This document shows positions 38,654 to 50,952 of a DNA stretch of 64,000 bases, piece by piece; positions within the stretch are counted from its first letter, which is position 1, and every line of letters begins with the position of its first letter. The notes beneath the pieces were generated by a model, which was given only the letters and a program-made list of their open reading frames with translations, searched no databases and had not been told where the DNA came from. This DNA comes from an uncultured Chloroflexia bacterium (GTDB taxonomy: Bacteria > Chloroflexota > Limnocylindria > Limnocylindrales > CSP1-4). The position numbers and the translations under genes are program-made. Where the stretch lies: NCBI GenBank assembly GCA_963763775.1, contig CAVXPZ010000003.1:544001-608000 (forward strand), in the 5' to 3' direction.

Positions 38654-40594
38654 TCAGCGGCTGTTCGGACTCGGCCGTCCGGCGGCGCCGTGCGTCATGC
38701 GGTCCAGCATGATCCCGAGCAGGACCAGCGCGATGCCGGCCGCCAGTCCCATGCCGAACAACCGGTTCTGCGAGAAGCCCGCGACCACGTCGTACCCGAG
38801 GGCCTGGCCGCCGACGAGGCCGCCCACCACGACCATCGAGAGGACGAGGATGACGGCCTGGTTCAGGGCCAGCTGCAGGGCCGGCCGCGCGACGGGCAGC
38901 TCCACCTTGGTCAGCCGCTGCCGGCTGCTGGCGCCCGACGAGACCGCAGCCTCCTTGATCGTCGGCGAGACCGAGCGCAAGCCCACGTCCACCAGCCGGA
39001 TGACCGGCGGGACCGCGAAGACGATGGCGGCGATGATCGCGGTGAAGCGGCTCGCGTCGAAGAGGACGAACGCCGGCAGGATGTACACGAACGACGGCAT
39101 CGTCTGCATCGTGTCGAGGATCGGCCGGAGGACCTTCGAGAACCGGTCGTTGCGCGCCGACCCGATCCCGAGAGCGAGGCCCAGCGAGAACGTCACGAGC
39201 GTGGCGATCAGGACCTGGACCAGCGTCTCCATCGAGTCCTGCCACAGGCCCATCAGGAAGATGAGGGCGAGGCAGGCCGCGGCCACGACCGCCTCACGGA
39301 CGCCGCTCGCGATGAGCGCGATCCCCGCGGCGACGGCCACGACCAGCCAGAACGGCGATGTGGTGAAGACCGTCTGGAGCGGGTTGATGCTGACGTAGGT
39401 GACCACGTCCTTGCCGCCGCCGGTGAAGGTCGCCACGTTGAGGCGGAGCCAGTCCACGACGGCGTTCACGGGCTCCCGGAACGACACCTGGACGTTGCCG
39501 GGGAATGTCTGGAACGCCGGCAGGACCAGGCCGCCGACGATGGCGACGATGGAGATCGCCCCGACGATGGACACCACCCGCCGATCGATCGGCCCGAGCT
39601 TGGCGCTGGCTCGATGGCGTGGGTCCAAGCGCTCGCTGGCGTGCTCCGTGACCCGGTCCAGGACGATGGCGAGGATCACGATGGCGAGCCCGGCGTCGAA
39701 CATCGCGCCGACGTCGTTGCGGATCAAGGCTCGGAGCGTGTCCTGGCCCAACCCGGGCGCATCGATGAGGGCGGTGATCACGATCATCGACAGGGCCAGC
39801 ATGATCGTCTGGTTCAGCGCCAGCCCGAGCTCCTTGCGCGCCAGTGGGATCCGCACCTTGCGAAGGAGTTGGCGCTCGGTCGCACCCAGCGACATCCCGG
39901 CCTCGACCGTGTTGGTCGGCACGCGCCGGATGCCGAGCGCCGTGATGCGGATCGCGGCCGGCATCGCGTAGATCAGCGTGACGATCGCCGCCGCGGCCGG
40001 TCCGATGCCGAAGAACAGCACGAACGGGGCGAGGTAGGCGAACGTCGGCATGATCTGCATCACGTCGAGGACCGGCGAGATCAGCCGGTGGAACCGGTCG
40101 CTCCGCGCGTCCAGGATGCCCAGCGGGACCCCGATGGCGAACGAGATCGCGACGGCCGCCGAGACTGCGCCGAGGGTCTCGACACTCGAGTCCCAGAGGC
40201 CGAGGATGCCGAGCGACAGGAACCCGACCATCGCGCCCACGGCCACCCGCCAGCCGCCGGCGACATAGCCGACGAGGCCGCCAAGGAGGACCAGCGCCGG
40301 CCACCCGATCGTCTGGAGCGTGGTCGTCAGGACGTCCACGAGCGTGTCGATGATGAAGCGCGGGATCCCGAACAGGATCACGAAGATCAGGTTGTCGCGA
40401 TGGTCGCGGATCCAGTCCCGGAGATCGTTGAGCGCAAGGAAGAACGGCGTGTCGTCCTGGCGCGGCTGGACGATGCCGTCGGCGAAGATGATGTACAGCA
40501 CCGACGCGACCGCGAACAGCAGGACCACCCAGGCCCACTTCGGCAGCATCGTGGGCACCCGTGCCAGGGCCGGAGAGGTCGCCACGGCCGTCAT
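38654..40594 (-). CDS. Glycine betaine ABC permease with two fused ProW/OpuAB domains
   Basis: Two copies of LDxMQxMPxFxY...LNQ...LSM. Confidence 0.92.
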   Translation of the reverse strand: MTAVATSPALARVPTMLPKWAWVVLLFAVASVLYIIFADGIVQPRQDDTPFFLALNDLRDWIRDHRDNLIFVILFGIPRFIIDTLVDVLTTTLQTIGWPALVLLGGLVGYVAGGWRVAVGAMVGFLSLGILGLWDSSVETLGAVSAAVAISFAIGVPLGILDARSDRFHRLISPVLDVMQIMPTFAYLAPFVLFFGIGPAAAAIVTLIYAMPAAIRITALGIRRVPTNTVEAGMSLGATERQLLRKVRIPLARKELGLALNQTIMLALSMIVITALIDAPGLGQDTLRALIRNDVGAMFDAGLAIVILAIVLDRVTEHASERLDPRHRASAKLGPIDRRVVSIVGAISIVAIVGGLVLPAFQTFPGNVQVSFREPVNAVVDWLRLNVATFTGGGKDVVTYVSINPLQTVFTTSPFWLVVAVAAGIALIASGVREAVVAAACLALIFLMGLWQDSMETLVQVLIATLVTFSLGLALGIGSARNDRFSKVLRPILDTMQTMPSFVYILPAFVLFDASRFTAIIAAIVFAVPPVIRLVDVGLRSVSPTIKEAAVSSGASSRQRLTKVELPVARPALQLALNQAVILVLSMVVVGGLVGGQALGYDVVAGFSQNRLFGMGLAAGIALVLLGIMLDRMTHGAAGRPSPNSR

Positions 40595-40610
40595 CGGTCC
40601 GCCTCCGCGC

Positions 40611-41651
40611 TCAGGCTGCGCTGCCGGTCTCGGCCATCGCGAGCAGGATCTGCGCCCGGTCGACCATGCCGACCAGCTGCCCGTCCTCGACCACGCGGAT
40701 CGGCTTGTCGGTGGCGGTCGCCGCGTTGAGGCACGTCCGGATGACGGCCGTCGCGGGGAACTCCGGACCGTCGAGCGGGTCTTCGCTTACCACCGGCCGC
40801 ATGATCCAGCGGAGGGTCAGGACGTTGCTCCGCGGGATGTCGCTCACGAAGTCCGCCACGTAGTCGTCCGCGGGGGCGCCGACGACCTCCTCCGGGCTGC
40901 CGCCCTGCACGATCTTGCCCTCGCGCATGACGATGATGTGGTCGCCGAGCTTGAGCGCCTCGGCCAGGTCGTGCGTGATGAAGATCATCGTCTTGCCCAC
41001 TTCGCGGTGGAGGCGGATGACCTCGTTCTGCATCTCGCGCCGGATCAGCGGGTCGAGGGCGCTGAAGGGCTCGTCGAAGAGCATGACCTCCGGGTCCACG
41101 GCCAAGGCGCGAGCCAGTCCGACCCGCTGCTGCATCCCGCCGGACAGCTCGTCGGGGAAGCTCTCCGCTACATGGGAGAGGCCGACGAGGTCGAGCACCT
41201 CGCGCGCCCGGGCCAGGCGCTGCTCGCGAGCGTCGCCGCGGATCTCGAGGCCGAACGCGACGTTGTCGATGACCTTCCGGTGGGGCAGCAGGCCGAAGTG
41301 CTGGAAGACCATCGCGAAGCGGCGCCGACGAAGCTCGCGGAGGCGGGCCTCGTCGGCCTGGCGGATGTCCTCACCGTCCAGGAGGACCTCGCCGAACGAG
41401 GGCTCGATGAGCCGTGTCAGGCAGCGGACCAGCGTGGACTTGCCGGAGCCCGAGAGCCCCATGACGACGAAGACCTCGCCCGGCTGGACGTCGAACGAGA
41501 CGTCGCGCACCGCGATGGTCGACCCGGTCCGCTTGCGGAAGTCGGCGCTGTCCTCGCCGTCGGGTGGCGCGGTCAGCTTGCGCTCGGCAGGGCCGAAGAT
41601 CTTCCAGAGGTTCTTGACCGCGATCGTGGGTCGTGGGCTGGCCTCGGTCAT
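40611..41651 (-). CDS. Glycine betaine ABC ATP-binding protein (ProV/OpuAA)
   Basis: [41 protein letters not shown]. Confidence 0.93.
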   Translation of the reverse strand: MTEASPRPTIAVKNLWKIFGPAERKLTAPPDGEDSADFRKRTGSTIAVRDVSFDVQPGEVFVVMGLSGSGKSTLVRCLTRLIEPSFGEVLLDGEDIRQADEARLRELRRRRFAMVFQHFGLLPHRKVIDNVAFGLEIRGDAREQRLARAREVLDLVGLSHVAESFPDELSGGMQQRVGLARALAVDPEVMLFDEPFSALDPLIRREMQNEVIRLHREVGKTMIFITHDLAEALKLGDHIIVMREGKIVQGGSPEEVVGAPADDYVADFVSDIPRSNVLTLRWIMRPVVSEDPLDGPEFPATAVIRTCLNAATATDKPIRVVEDGQLVGMVDRAQILLAMAETGSAA

Positions 41652-41716
41652 GGTCCGCGCATCGTACTCGCCCACGACCGCCCCGACGGCGTCATCCGCG
41701 ACGCCCGGTGCCACCG

Positions 41717-43188
41717 TCAGCCGCCGAACCAGCCGGTGGGACCCGGGTCCGTGTTCTGCCAGATGTGCTTGGCCTCGCGGTACTCGTCGAGCCCGCCCTC
41801 CCCGAGTTCGCGCCCGATCCCCGACTGCTTGAACCCGCCCCATTCCGCCTGTGGCACGTAGGCGTTGTAGTCGTTGATCCACACGGTCCCGTGGCGCAGC
41901 CGACCGGCCACGCGCTGGGCGCGGCTCGCGTCCGACGTCCAGACGGCACCGGCGAGACCGTAGGTCGTGTCGTTGCCGAGCGCGATCGCCTCCTCCTCGG
42001 TGGAGAAGCGCTCGATCGGTGAGTACCGGCCCGAAGACCTCCTCGCGGATGATCCGCATCTCGCGCCGGACGTCGGCGAACACCGTCGGCCGGTAGTAGA
42101 AGCCGGCCTGGAGGGCCGGCTCGCTCGGGCGCCGGCCACCGGCGACGAGGCGCGCTCCTTCCGCGATGGCCGAGGCCACGTATCCCTCGACCTTGGCGCG
42201 GTGCGCGGCCGTGATGAGGGCGCCGGTCTCGGTCGCCTCGTCGGTGCCCGGACCGAGCCGGATCAGGTCCGCCCGGCGGCCGACCTCCGCGACGAACTCG
42301 TCGTAGATCTCGTCCTGGACGATGGCGCGGCAGCCGGCCGAACAGACCTGGCCCGAGTGGGCGAAGGCCGCCGCGAGCGCGTTGTCGACGACGGTCTCGA
42401 AGTCGGCGTCCGCGAAGACGATGTTCGGGCTCTTGCCGCCGAGCTCCATCGCGATCTTCTTCATGTTCACGGCGGCGCCGCGCACGAGCGAACGGGCGGC
42501 CTCGATGCCGCCGGTCAGGGAGATGAGGTCGACGTCGGGGCTGTCGGCGAGCGCCTGTCCCACCCGCTCGCCCGGTCCGAGCACGAGGTTGACGACGCCG
42601 GCCGGGACGCCGGCCTCCTCGAGGAGCCGGGTCAGGTGGATCGCCGTCAGCGGGGTCACCGACGCGGGTTTCATGACCGCGGTGTTCCCCGCGGCGAGCG
42701 CCGGGGCGATCTTCCAGCTCATCTGGAGCAGCGGGTAGTTCCACGGGCCGATCAGCCCGCACACGCCGACCGGCTCGTAGACGATCCGGCTGATGACGTC
42801 CGCGTTGCTCGGGTCCACGAGCCGTCCGGTGTCCTTGTCGGCGAGGTCGGCGTAGTAGCGGAACACCGGGCGACGTCCGACGATGTCCCAGCGGCTCTCG
42901 CGCATCGTCTTGCCGGTGTTGCGGGTCTCCTCCGCGGCCAGGAGCTCGAGGTCGCGATCGAGGAGGCCGGCGACGCGGTCCAGCAGTGCGGCGCGTTCCG
43001 CCGTGGGCCGGCGGGGCCAGTCGGTGTCGTCGAACGCGCGGCGCGCCGCCGCGATCGCCGCCTGGACCTGCTCGTCGGTCGCGACGTCCACCTCGGTCAC
43101 GATGGTCCCGTCCGACGGGTCGATGACGGCGAAGCAGGCGCCGTCGGCCGACGGCGACCCACTGACCGTCGATGAACAGGCTCGGCAC
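41717..43188 (-). CDS. betB: Betaine aldehyde dehydrogenase-like aldehyde dehydrogenase, about 3 frameshifts
   Basis: [43 protein letters not shown] spread over frames; next to the betaine ABC genes. Confidence 0.75.
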
Positions 43189-43357
43189 GCTGACCTCGGA
43201 TGCGGACCGGGCTCGGAGGGCGCGGTCGGGTCGCCAGCTTGTTCCGCGGCGCTCGGCAACGTCAAGGCGCGGATGCGTCGGGTGGTCCTCGGACGATCGC
43301 CCGGTGGACGCCCGACGTCACGGGCGGTGGTCAGGCGGAGGGCTCGCCGGAGACGCC

Positions 43358-44177
43358 TCACGCGGGTCGCGAACCCGGACCCAGCGCCGGCCGGAGTCGC
43401 CCCGTCGCTCGCTGCAGCTCGGCCACCATCGCGCCGATCGTGGTCGCCACGCAGACGCGAGAGCGGGATGTTGAGACCCAGTGCCGCCACGCACACGCCC
43501 GCCGCGTCGAGGACCGGGACGGCGAGGGCGCCGGCCTCGACGAACAGCTCGCCGCGGTTGATGGCCCAGCCGCGCCGGCGCGTCTCCGTCCACGACCCTG
43601 GCCAGGGCGCTCGCGATCCGGGATGGTCGCCGGTGTGTAGGCGAGCAGGTCGCCGGCCAGGTAGGCCTCGAGCTCGGCCGGCGGCATCGCGGCCAGGAAG
43701 ACCTTGCCGGCGGCCGTCGCGTGGAGCCTCGCCCGCTGGCCGCTCCTGGTGAACGCGCGGACCTCGCGCGGTCCCGTCGATCTTGTCGATGAAGACCACG
43801 CTGTCGCCGTCGCGGATCGCGAGGTCGACGCTCTCGCCGGTCGAGCGCGACCAGCTCGGTCATCACCCGGCGCGCCTCGTCCCGGACGTCGATCGTGTCG
43901 AGGACGCGAGTCCCCAGTTCGAACAGCGGCATCCCGAGGCGGTAGCGGCCGGTCGGCCGGATCGCGGTGCAGCCAGCCGACCCGCTCGAGCGACCGCGCC
44001 AGACGCCAGCCGGTGCTCCGGTCGACCCCGAGGTCGCGACCGCGAGCTCGGCCGCGCTCATCCAGCCCCGGCCGCGACCAGGTCGAGGGCCGCGACGATC
44101 CGTCGACGCTCGGCCGCGCGCCGCTCGCGCGGCGCTCGGTCGCGGGCTGCCGGTGCGTTGCGCTCGTGGTGTACCAT
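43358..44177 (-). CDS. IclR family transcriptional regulator, several frameshifts (start approximate)
   Basis: Fragments [53 protein letters not shown]. Confidence 0.8.
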
Positions 44178-44208
44178 CGCGGCCAGTGTCGCAGATGCGG
44201 CAACACGA

Positions 44209-44223
44209 TTGCAAGTCTTGCAA
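44209..44223. promoter_or_regulatory. Perfect palindrome TTGCAAG-T-CTTGCAA, candidate operator
   Basis: In the short divergent gap between IclR and the GcvT gene, abutting the AGGAGG RBS. Confidence 0.55.
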
Positions 44224-44239
44224 CAGGAGGCGGGCACAG

Positions 44240-46760
44240 ATGAGCGAGCTCCCGGCGACCGCGAAGGTCGTGATCATCGGCGCCGGGATCGTCGGCAACA
44301 GCGTCGCCTATCACCTGGCGAACCTGGGCTGGAAGGACATCGTCCTGATCGACAAGGGCCCGCTCCCGAACCCGGGCGGCTCGACCGGCCACGCCTCGAA
44401 CTTCCTGTTCCTCGTCGACCACAACAAGGAGATGGCCGAGCTCACGCTCGAGAGCGCCCGCCAGTACCGCGAGTGGGGCCTGTACACGGAGTGCGGCGGC
44501 ATCGAGGTCGCCCGCACCGAGACGCGGATGAACGAGCTGCGCCGCCGGATGGACTCGTCCACGAACTGGGGCATCGAGTCGCGGCTGCTCACGCCGGCCG
44601 AGATCAAGGAGCTCGTCCCGTTCATCGACGAGTCGATCCTCGTCGGTGGCTTCTACACGCCCGGTGTCGGCGTCTGCGACTCCCTCCAGTTCGGGACGCT
44701 CTGCCGCGAGCAGGCGCCATCGGCGCTCGGCGCCCTGACGTCTCCGCGAACACCGAAGTGACCGGCACTCGGCGTCGAGGGCGGCCGGATCCGGCGCGTC
44801 GAGACGACCGAGGGGACCGTCGAGGCCGAGTACGTCGTCATCGCCTGCGGCGTCTGGTCGCCGATCATCGCGGAGATGGCCGGCGCGCAGATCCCGCTCA
44901 CCCCGGCCGTCCACCAGATGATCGACGTCGGGCCCGTGCCGCGCTTCGAGACAGACCGTCGCGGGCCATCGAGTTCCCGATCGTCCGGGACATGGACGTC
45001 CTGATGTACGAGCGCCAGGACGGGATCGGCCTCGAGATCGGCTCGTACGCCCACCGCTCGATCCTCCATGACCCCGAGGAGATCCCCTCGATCGAGGACG
45101 CGGCCCTGTCGCCGACCGAGTTCCCGTTCACGGCCGGACGACTTCGACCCCCAGATGGAAGATGCGCTCACGCTCATGCCGGAGATCGTCGGCGACGAGT
45201 CGGTCGGCGTGAAGTACGCGATCAACGGCCTCATCGCGCTGACGCCGGACGGCATGCCGCTGCTCGGCGAGACCCCGGAGGTCAAGGGCCTCTGGTCGGC
45301 CGCGGCCGTCTGGGTCAAGGAAGGGCCGGCGGTCGGCAAGAGCATCGCCGAGTGGATGGTCCACGGCGAGCCCGAGATCGACTGCAACCAGTCCGACATC
45401 AGCCGCTTCCACGCGCACCAGAAGACCCGCCAGCACACGAAGGCGCGCGCCTTCGAGGCGTTCCCCAAGACCTACGGCATCGTCCACCCGGCCGAGCAGT
45501 ACCTCTCGGACCGCCCGCTCCGCAGGTCGCCGATGCACGAATGGCACGTCGAGCACGAGGGCGAGTTCTTCGAGGTCGCCGGCTGGGAGCGGCCGCAGTG
45601 GTTCCGCTCCAACGCGCGCGCTCGTCGAGCGGTACGGCGTCCAGACGCGCCCGAACGAGTGGGACGCCCGCTGGTGGTCGCCGATCATCAACGCCGAGCA
45701 CCTCGCGATGCGCGAGTCGGCCGGCATCTTCGACCTTTCGTCGTTCGCCATCTTCGACATCGTCGGCCCGGGCGCGCTCGACGCGGTCCAGGCCGTGGCG
45801 CTGCGCCAGATGGACGTGCCGGTCGGCCGCGTCGTGTACACGCCCGTCCTGTCGAACGCCGGCGGCTTCAAGAGCGACCTCACGATCATGCGGCTCGAGG
45901 ACCAGGTCTTCCGCGTGGTCACCGGCGGCGCCCACGGCATGAGCGACCTCAAGTGGTTCCGCGACCACCTGCCGGCCGACGCCGCGATCGTCGACCTGAC
46001 GACCGCCTACACGACGATCGGGGTCTGGGGCCCGCGGGCGCGCGACATCGTGGCGTCCGTGACGCGCGCGGACATGTCGAACGAGGCGTTCCGGTTCGGG
46101 ACGTGCCGCACGATCGAGATCGGCTCGCAGCTCGTCGCTCGCGTCGCGGATCTCGTACGTCGGCGACCTGGGCTGGGAGCTGTACGTCCCGATGGAGCAG
46201 GGCCGTCGGCTCTGGGACGACGCTCTGGGAGGCCGGCCAGGCGCACGGCCTGACCGCCTGCGGGATGGGCGTGTACGGCACGACCGGCCGCATCGAGAAG
46301 GGCTACCGCGCGTACGGCGCCGAGCTCGACGCCGACTACGACGTCGTCGAGGCGGACATGGCGCCGGTCCAGGGTCAAGGACCAGGACTTCGTGGGCAAG
46401 GCGGCCGTCCTGCGCCAGCTGGCCAGCGAGCCGGCCGCCAGGCTGTGCACGCTCGACGGTCGACGACCACGCGTCCGCCAGCGGCGAGCGGCGCTACATG
46501 CTCGGTCGCCAGCCGATCGTCCTCGAGGACGGCTCGCCCGATCGTCGACGCGAAGGGTCGCCGCTCGTACGCCACGTCGGCCGGGCGCCAGCCCGTCGAC
46601 CGGCAAGCACGTGCTGCTCGCCTATCTGCCGCCCGACGCTGGCCGTCGAGGGACAGCAGCTGTTCGTGCGGTACTTCGACGAGTCGCTATCCGGTGACCG
46701 TCGCCGTCGTCGGCTCGCGACCGCTTGTTCGACCCCGAGAACCTGCGCGTCCGGGCCTGA
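44240..46760 (+). CDS. GcvT family FAD-dependent oxidoreductase (dimethylglycine/sarcosine dehydrogenase-like), many frameshifts
   Basis: IIGAGIVG, GSTGHA, TPDGMPLLGE, GWERP, SYVGDLGWELY, RIEKGYR, FDPEN fragments in order. Confidence 0.88.
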
Positions 46761-46762
46761 CG

Positions 46763-47530
46763 ATGAAGGTCCTCGTCTGCATCAAGCGCGTCCCGGCGGT
46801 CGCCGGCCGGATCACCCTGACCGACGACGAGCGGGCGATCGACAGCCGGTACCTCGGGTTCACCATCGGTCCCCACGAGGAGTGCGCGGTCGAGGAGGCG
46901 GTCCGGCTCATCGAGGCGAACGAGGGCGAGTCGGTCGTCCTCACCCTCGGGCCGCCCGAGTCGCTCGAGCAGCTCCGCGACGCCATGGCGATCGGGCGTC
47001 TCGCGCGCGATCCACCTCGTCACGGACGGTGAGCGACTGGGATCCGGAGTCGACGGCCGCCGCGATCGTCGAGGCGATCCGCGCGGACGAGGCGCCAGCG
47101 GGCCGTTCGATCTCATCCTGCTGGGCAACGAGGCCGCCGATACCGGCGGGTACCAGGTCGGCGTCCGCGTCGGCCGTGCCCTCGGCCGACCGGTCGTCAC
47201 CGGCCTCAAGGGTCTGGCCGTCAGCGGTGGGCGCCTCAGCGGCGAGCAGGTCGTCAGCGGGGGCCGCGATGTCTACGAGGTCCCGCTGCCGGCTGTCGCC
47301 AGCCGTCCTCGAGGGCATCAACCTGCCGCGCTACCCGTCCGTCCCGGGACGGCTCCGCGCGAAGTCCAAGCCCGTGGCGACCATCGACCCCGGCGCGACC
47401 CGCGGAGCGCCTGGAGCTGATCCGGCTCGTCGTGCCCGCCGGTGCGGCGAAGCAGGTGACCGTGCTCGGCGATGGCGCGGCCGCCGCACCGGCGACGGTC
47501 GACCTGTTCGACCGGATCGGGGTGCTGTAG
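46763..47530 (+). CDS. etfB: Electron transfer flavoprotein beta subunit, frameshifted
   Basis: MKVLVCIKRVP, CAVEEAVRL, VVLTLGP, GNEAADTGGYQVG, INLPRYPS. Confidence 0.85.
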
Positions 47531-47532
47531 CG

Positions 47533-48499
47533 ATGGCGACCGACGCTCGTCCTGGTCATGACCGCCGACGGCGCGGTCGACCGGGTGTCGCTGCAGGCGC
47601 TGACGTTCGCCGCCGGGCTCGCCGCCGGAGGACCGGTCCACGCGCTGCTCGTCGGTGACCCGGCACTCGCGCCCGAGCTTGGCGAGTGGGGCGCCGTCCG
47701 AGGTCCACGTCGCCGATCACCGTTGCCTTCGCGACCTTCGCCCCCGATGCGATCGCGTCGGCGCTCGTCGAGCTGGCGGCCGAGGATCGGCGCGGACCTC
47801 GTCGTCGGCCCCGGCACGGACGACGGCAACACGGTCCTGGCCCGGGCGGCCGTGCGGGCCGGGCACCCGTTCGCGGCGAACTGCACGAGCGCCGTGCCCG
47901 GGTCGCCGATCGTGGTGACCCGCCAGCGCTGGGGTGGCAGCCTGTTCGAGGAAGCGGCGATCCGCGCCGATCGCGCCATGCTGACCGTCGCCCCGCACGC
48001 CGTCATGGCCACGCGGACCGGCGGGACGGCCGTCATCCGCACGTTCAGCCCCTCGCTCGCTGACGACGACCTCGTCGTGCGCGTGGTCGACCGGATCCCG
48101 GCGACCGCGAGCGGCGTGTCCCTCGCCGAGGCCCGGGTGGTCGTCAGCGGCGGGCGCGGCGCCGGCTCGGCCGAGGGGTTCGCTCCCGTCGTCGAGCTCG
48201 CCGAGCTGCTTGGCGCGGCCGTCGGGTGCTCGCGCGCCGTGACCATCGCCGGATGGCGGCCGCACACCGAGCAGGTCGGCCAGACCGGCACCAAGATCGC
48301 CCCCGACCTGTACATCCTCGCGGGAATCAGCGGCGCGACGCAGCACATGGCCGGCTGCCGCGGCGCCAAGGCGGTCCTCGCGATCAACAAGGACGCGGAG
48401 GCGCCGGTCATGACGGCCGCGGACTACGCGATCGTCGGTGACATGCGCGAGGTCCTGACGGCCATCAGCGCCGAGATCCGTCGCCGTCGGGCCAGCTGA
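47533..48499 (+). CDS. etfA: Electron transfer flavoprotein alpha subunit, frameshifted
   Basis: ARVVVSGGRG, AVGCSRA, QVGQTG, GISGATQHMAG, AINKD. Confidence 0.9.
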
Positions 48500-48566
48500 C
48501 CGCGAGAGGGAACGCGGCCGCGGATGCCGGGGGGAGCACCCGCGACCGCGCGGAGGAGCAGGCGGC

Positions 48567-49968
48567 TTACGCGGTGGCCTTCACGACCCAACCGGGCTCG
48601 GGATCGCCGAACTTCGAGACCAGGTAGTCACGGGAGCCTTCGACGGCCTTGCGCGGCGAGTCGAGCGCGGCCTTCAGGCGGAAGTCCTCCTTGAGGATCT
48701 CGCCGTCGACGAAGACGGTCTTGACGTTCGAGACATCGGCGGCGCAGACCACCGCCCCGACCGGGTCGATGATCGGCGCGACGTTCACGGCCGACCCGTC
48801 GATGATCACGATGTCCGCCTTCTTGCCCGGGGTCAGCGAGCCCGTCCGGTCGGCGATGCCGGCGACCTCGGCCCCGCCGAGCGTCGCCCAGGAGAGGACC
48901 TGGCGCGCCGTGATGAGGCCCGGGCGAGGCCTCGAGCCCGTCGAGGTTCGCGTCCCACGCCTCCTGGTGCTTCCGGCCGCGCTCCGAGCCGAAGATCGAG
49001 CGCATCTGGGTGAACTGATCGGACGGCGCGGTCGTCGCGACGTCCGACGAGAGCCCGATCGGCAGGCCGTAGTGGAGGGCGGTCACGGCTGGCGCCCAGC
49101 CGTGGCCCATCTGGACCTCGATCTGCGGGGCGAACGAGACGTTGCCGCCGGAGTCGCGCGCGAGCGCCCACTCCTCGTCGGTGAAGTGCGAGGCGTGGAC
49201 GTACGTGGTGTTCGGGTAGAGCAGGTCCATGTCGCGGAGCATCGTCACCTGCATCTTCGTGTAGCCGAAGCGGTCCATCGCGACGTGCACGGTGATGTTG
49301 AGCCCGAGCTCCTTGGCGAGCTCCCAGTCGTGCCGGACGACATCGGGCTTGCAGAAGTTGGGGCCGCGGGTCGCGAGGGCCATCGTGATGCGGCCGTCGT
49401 CCGAGTTGAAGTACTGCTTCCGGATCCGGCGCGCGTCGGGGCCGTCCGAGGTGAGCACGCTGCCCGCGTAGTCCGGGCCGAACCACCAGTCCACGAGCGA
49501 GGTGTTCCCGAAGCCGTAGGCGTAGACCGACCGGATCTTCGAGTCCTGCAGCCCGCGGATGCCCGCGTCGGCATGCTCGGGGGTATTGATGATGTGCGAC
49601 CAGTCCACGAGGGTGGTGATGCCGGCGTTGATGCACTCGAGGGAGCCCCACAGGTTGCCCGCGTACACGTCGTCGGGGCGGTAGTGCGGGGCGAACTTGT
49701 CGAGGATCGAGCCGAAGTACGTGATGAGCGCGAAGTCCGGCGCACAGGTCCGGATCGACGTCTCCCAGGTGTGGCGGTGCGTGTCGATGAACCCGGGGAT
49801 GACGATGTCGCCGGTCGCGTCGATCGTCCTGGCGCCGTCCGCGGACAGGCCGTGCCCGACGGCGGCGATCTTGTCGTCCTCGACCAGCACGTCCGCCCCG
49901 GCCAGCTCGCCGAGCTCCGGATCCTGGGTCAGGACGTAGGCCCCCTTGATGAGCGTTCGGTCGGTCAT
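48567..49968 (-). CDS. Amidohydrolase family protein (deaminase-like), frameshift near 48925
   Basis: PGFIDTHRH, ITVHVA, YVHASH, GLSSD, GSLTPGKKAD. Confidence 0.88.
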
Positions 49969-50054
49969 CGATCGTTCCCTTCCAGTTCGATGGGGTGGTC
50001 GCGCAGGCTCGTCACTTCAGGCGTCGTCGTCGGTCCCTCCTCTTGGCCGATGGG

Positions 50055-50936
50055 TCATCCCCGGCCCTCCTGGCGCAGATGGGTCGCGACCTGGGACATG
50101 TCGGCGCCCTCGCCGACCGTCCGTTCCGCCGCGCGGACTTGTTCGAGGTTGATGGCGGCCTGCGGCAGGGCGGCGCCGGTCTCGACGCCGAAGTCCGCGA
50201 TGAGCCGCAGGTCCTTCTCGGCGAGCGCGAGGGACATCCCGACCGGGGTCCCCTCCGGGTCGAGGAACGCGGCCCGCTTGTAGCCGACGTACGGGGCACC
50301 GACCGCGCTGACCGCGAGGATGTCGTAGGCCTGCTCCCGCGAGATCCCGGCCGCCTCGGCCAGGACGAGGGCCTCGGCCACGGCCTGGTTCAGGCCGAAG
50401 ATCACGGTGTTGACCGCGAGCTTCATGGCGGCCCCGGTCCCGAGCGCGCCGAGATGGAAGATCGTCGCCGACAGGCCCTCGAGGACCGGCCGGGCCCGTT
50501 CGAGGTCGGCCTCGTCGCCGCCGACCATCAGCGTGAGGCGGCCGCTGGTCGCCAGGGCGACGCTCCCGGAGACCGGGGCATCGAGCAGTCCGGCGCCGGT
50601 CGCGCGGACGCGTGCTTCGACCGCGCGGATCACGTCCGGCGGCACGGTGGACGCGTCGACGAGGACGTTGCCGGGATGCGCACCCGCGATGAGGCCGTCC
50701 GGTCCGGTGAAGACCTCGTCCACGGCCGCACCGTCGGCGAGCATCGTCACGCAGACGTCGGCCGCGGCCGCCACCTCGGCCGGGGTCATCGCGGCTCGGC
50801 CGCCCAGCTCGTCCGCGAGGGCCATCGCCCGGACCGGCGAGCGGTTCCACAGCACGACCTCGAACCCGGCGGCGGCGAGCGCGCGGGCCATCGACCCGCC
50901 CATGCGACCGATGCCCAGGACCCCGGCGGTCGTCAT
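50055..50936 (-). CDS. NAD(P)-dependent 3-hydroxyacid dehydrogenase (3-hydroxyisobutyrate dehydrogenase family)
   Basis: GIGRMG, WNRS, LDAPVSGS, MKLAVN, AEKDL. Confidence 0.9.
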   Translation of the reverse strand: MTTAGVLGIGRMGGSMARALAAAGFEVVLWNRSPVRAMALADELGGRAAMTPAEVAAAADVCVTMLADGAAVDEVFTGPDGLIAGAHPGNVLVDASTVPPDVIRAVEARVRATGAGLLDAPVSGSVALATSGRLTLMVGGDEADLERARPVLEGLSATIFHLGALGTGAAMKLAVNTVIFGLNQAVAEALVLAEAAGISREQAYDILAVSAVGAPYVGYKRAAFLDPEGTPVGMSLALAEKDLRLIADFGVETGAALPQAAINLEQVRAAERTVGEGADMSQVATHLRQEGRG

Positions 50937-50952
50937 CCGTCGCCTCGGTCGG

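Noticed and set aside
38654-40594. Duplicated-domain betaine permease as a novelty
   Set aside because: Fused double ProW-type permeases are already familiar from actinobacterial betaine ABC systems.
40611-43799. 1062-aa IclR-aldehyde dehydrogenase-ABC ATPase fusion ORF
   Set aside because: Mosaic of three separate genes joined by frameshifts, with out-of-frame junk between the recognisable parts.
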